In this document: positions 62,301 to 64,000 of the stretch, piece by piece
Position numbering within the stretch: the first letter of the stretch is position 1
Layout of the letters: every line of letters starts with the position of its first letter
Source of the DNA: Balanoglossus misakiensis
Lineage: Eukaryota; Animalia; Hemichordata
DNA length: 64,000 nt
Direction: 5' to 3'
NCBI GenBank assembly: GCA_040954595.2
Contig: CM082597.2
Coordinates: 10,137,778-10,201,777, forward strand
Translations under genes and position numbers: made by a program
Notes under the pieces: generated by a model
Told to the model about the DNA's origin: nothing
Databases searched by the model: none
What the model saw: the letters and a program-made list of their open reading frames with translations, nothing else

Positions 62301-64000
62301 TGTCGTTGTGTGGTGTAATTCTTTATGCTTGGACCTGTTTGGGCCGATTTTCATAGAGCCAAGATCGTTGGTGTTGTCTGTTGTCAGTCAAATGGCATTA
62401 AGGTTCGCCACTGATTTGGGGGGTCTTTTATACCCCTCACCGGGGTTTAAAGGGCGACAATCATCTAATGCACATGTGCCGAACCAGAGACTCTGATTAC
62501 AAAAAATGTACACAGTCAATGCCACAAGGCAGTGTGCTGTCCTAACAACAGACAAGATGGCGGCGATATATTCTATGTCAGAGATCGGGAAAAGACAGCA
62601 AATTGGGTGAAAAGAAGGGACAAAACTTAAGTCTACTTGTACGGTGTGCATGAATTATGGAAGGAAGCGAAGGCAGTCCACATTTTGAATGCAAAATTTG
62701 AAGAACATATGGATTGGATGCAATGTTTGTATACACGAAATTAGGCACATGTGCATAAGACAATCCTCGGCCTTTGAAACTTCACCAACGTACAACCAAA
62801 CCATGTTTTCCAAGTGCTTTGAACTCAAACTTGAATTGTTACCTGCGTACGTAGTCGCTGGTGTTGACTTTAAACATTGTTGGTACTATGGTGTGCAGCC
62901 ACCAAACAGAAACTCTTTGAATGACAGAAACCTGTTCATGGAAAGTCTGTAAGACTTCAGTTTCTGATGTAAAAAAACAAAACAAAAACATATTGTTATG
63001 GAGTGAGCTGATCCCAAGGAAAGAAACCTGTTATTGTAGTTACATACCAGTAGTTCACAAACATAAAATTCCAGAAGTTTACAAGAATTTTCTCACCAGT
63101 TTTCAAGTTTTTAAAATCAGCAATGCTGTTCTCCAGAAGTAATTGATAAAGCTTTCTATGACAAGTGACATTTTAAGACAGCACAGGTGGTAAATCAATT
63201 TTGTAGGATAAATTTCAATTTTGTAGGACAAATTTCAATTTTGTAGGACAATCAAGTACTTTCCAGCAAATTTTACAAACTCAAGAAATTCCAAGAAATG
63301 TTGAAACCCTGAGATCAGGATTTGGGAAGTTACAGAATTTTCGTTTGCTATACAATGCAGTTTTAATTCTTTTGCAAAGGAAATGTAGGGCCCGCAGCAA
63401 TAATTTTGATAAAATTTACCATGTGCCAAACCAGAGACTATGGTTACAATAATTGTATATAGTCAGTGCCATAAGGCAGTATGCTGTCCTAACAACGGAC
63501 AAGATGGTGGCAACCATAGTCTCTGTCGGAGATCAGGAAAAGAGAACAAATAATGGGTGAAAAGACAGGACAAAACTAAAGTCTGATTATACGCTGTGCA
63601 TAAAATATGGAAGGAAGCAAAGGCAGTCCACTATTTTGAATGTGTCAAATGCAAAATTTGCTGAACATTTGGATTGGACGTAATGTTTGTACACACGATA
63701 TTGCACCCATTCTAAAATTGTTGGATCAACTTTTATTTTGTAATTTCTCAAAATACCGAATGATAGGATTTAAAGGCTGCATATCGTTTATTATGTACGT
63801 CTGTAAACTTGAGTGATTTTCTATCTCAGGAAGTTGGTAATCGGAAAATATTTCTGTCAACATTTGAATATTGGTCAGTTGACTCAAAATAAAAATATTG
63901 AGGTGATATGCACAGTGGTTTTCACGTTTTTGATGTGGACGGACGGACAGACATACATCCATACATAGATAGATACAGATGCAACCAATCCTATAAGGTC

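Larger units (their letters stand above)
1057..64000 (-). pseudogene. INTS1: Disrupted, internally amplified Integrator complex subunit 1 locus (partial, 5' part outside window)
   Basis: About 22 distinct GT-AG exons translate to peptides matching INTS1 as I recall it (YQPPQLAISNLYWK, AWEEYP, LGHLLCRS-like, LLLPDWLKLRMIRS, LFVQSFGIPV, GLLIDWLELLDPE, ALQHLPEFALLCQ). Several in-frame stops and frameshifts; exons missing or repeated. Confidence 0.9.
52566..64000 (-). repeat. Tandem array 2: 3451-bp unit, at least 3.3 copies, each with four INTS1 exons
   Basis: ORF track repeats at exactly +3451 (53373, 56824, 60275, 63726); runs off the window end. Confidence 0.97.

Noticed and set aside
1057-64000. 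Functional INTS1 with Dscam-like mutually exclusive exon cassettes
   Set aside because: Copies are near-identical and share stops and frameshifts; single-copy exons are also disrupted and several exons are missing
52566-64000. rDNA, 5S, snRNA or histone gene tandem cluster
   Set aside because: No recognisable RNA-gene or histone sequence; the unit contains INTS1 exons instead

Overview
Eukaryotic, intron-rich, AT-rich animal genomic DNA (marine-invertebrate-like repeat content; organism is an inference only). Almost the whole window is one minus-strand, disrupted copy of Integrator complex subunit 1 (INTS1), identified by my recollection of the human protein motifs. Its exons have been amplified into two separate head-to-tail arrays. 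Array 1 has a ~6.0-6.3 kb unit, ~7 copies, at ~5380-51360. Array 2 has a 3451-bp unit, at least 3.3 copies, from ~52566 to the window end. The single-copy 3' exons lie at 1057-3256. Stops, frameshifts and missing exons indicate a pseudogene. Inserted into it are an apparently intact piggyBac transposon (13351-15896) with an unusual 8-bp duplication, a 1.3-kb long-TIR element present in two units, a Myb/SANT-only Harbinger-like element, a 981-bp TIR element sitting on a large deletion breakpoint, and several MITEs.
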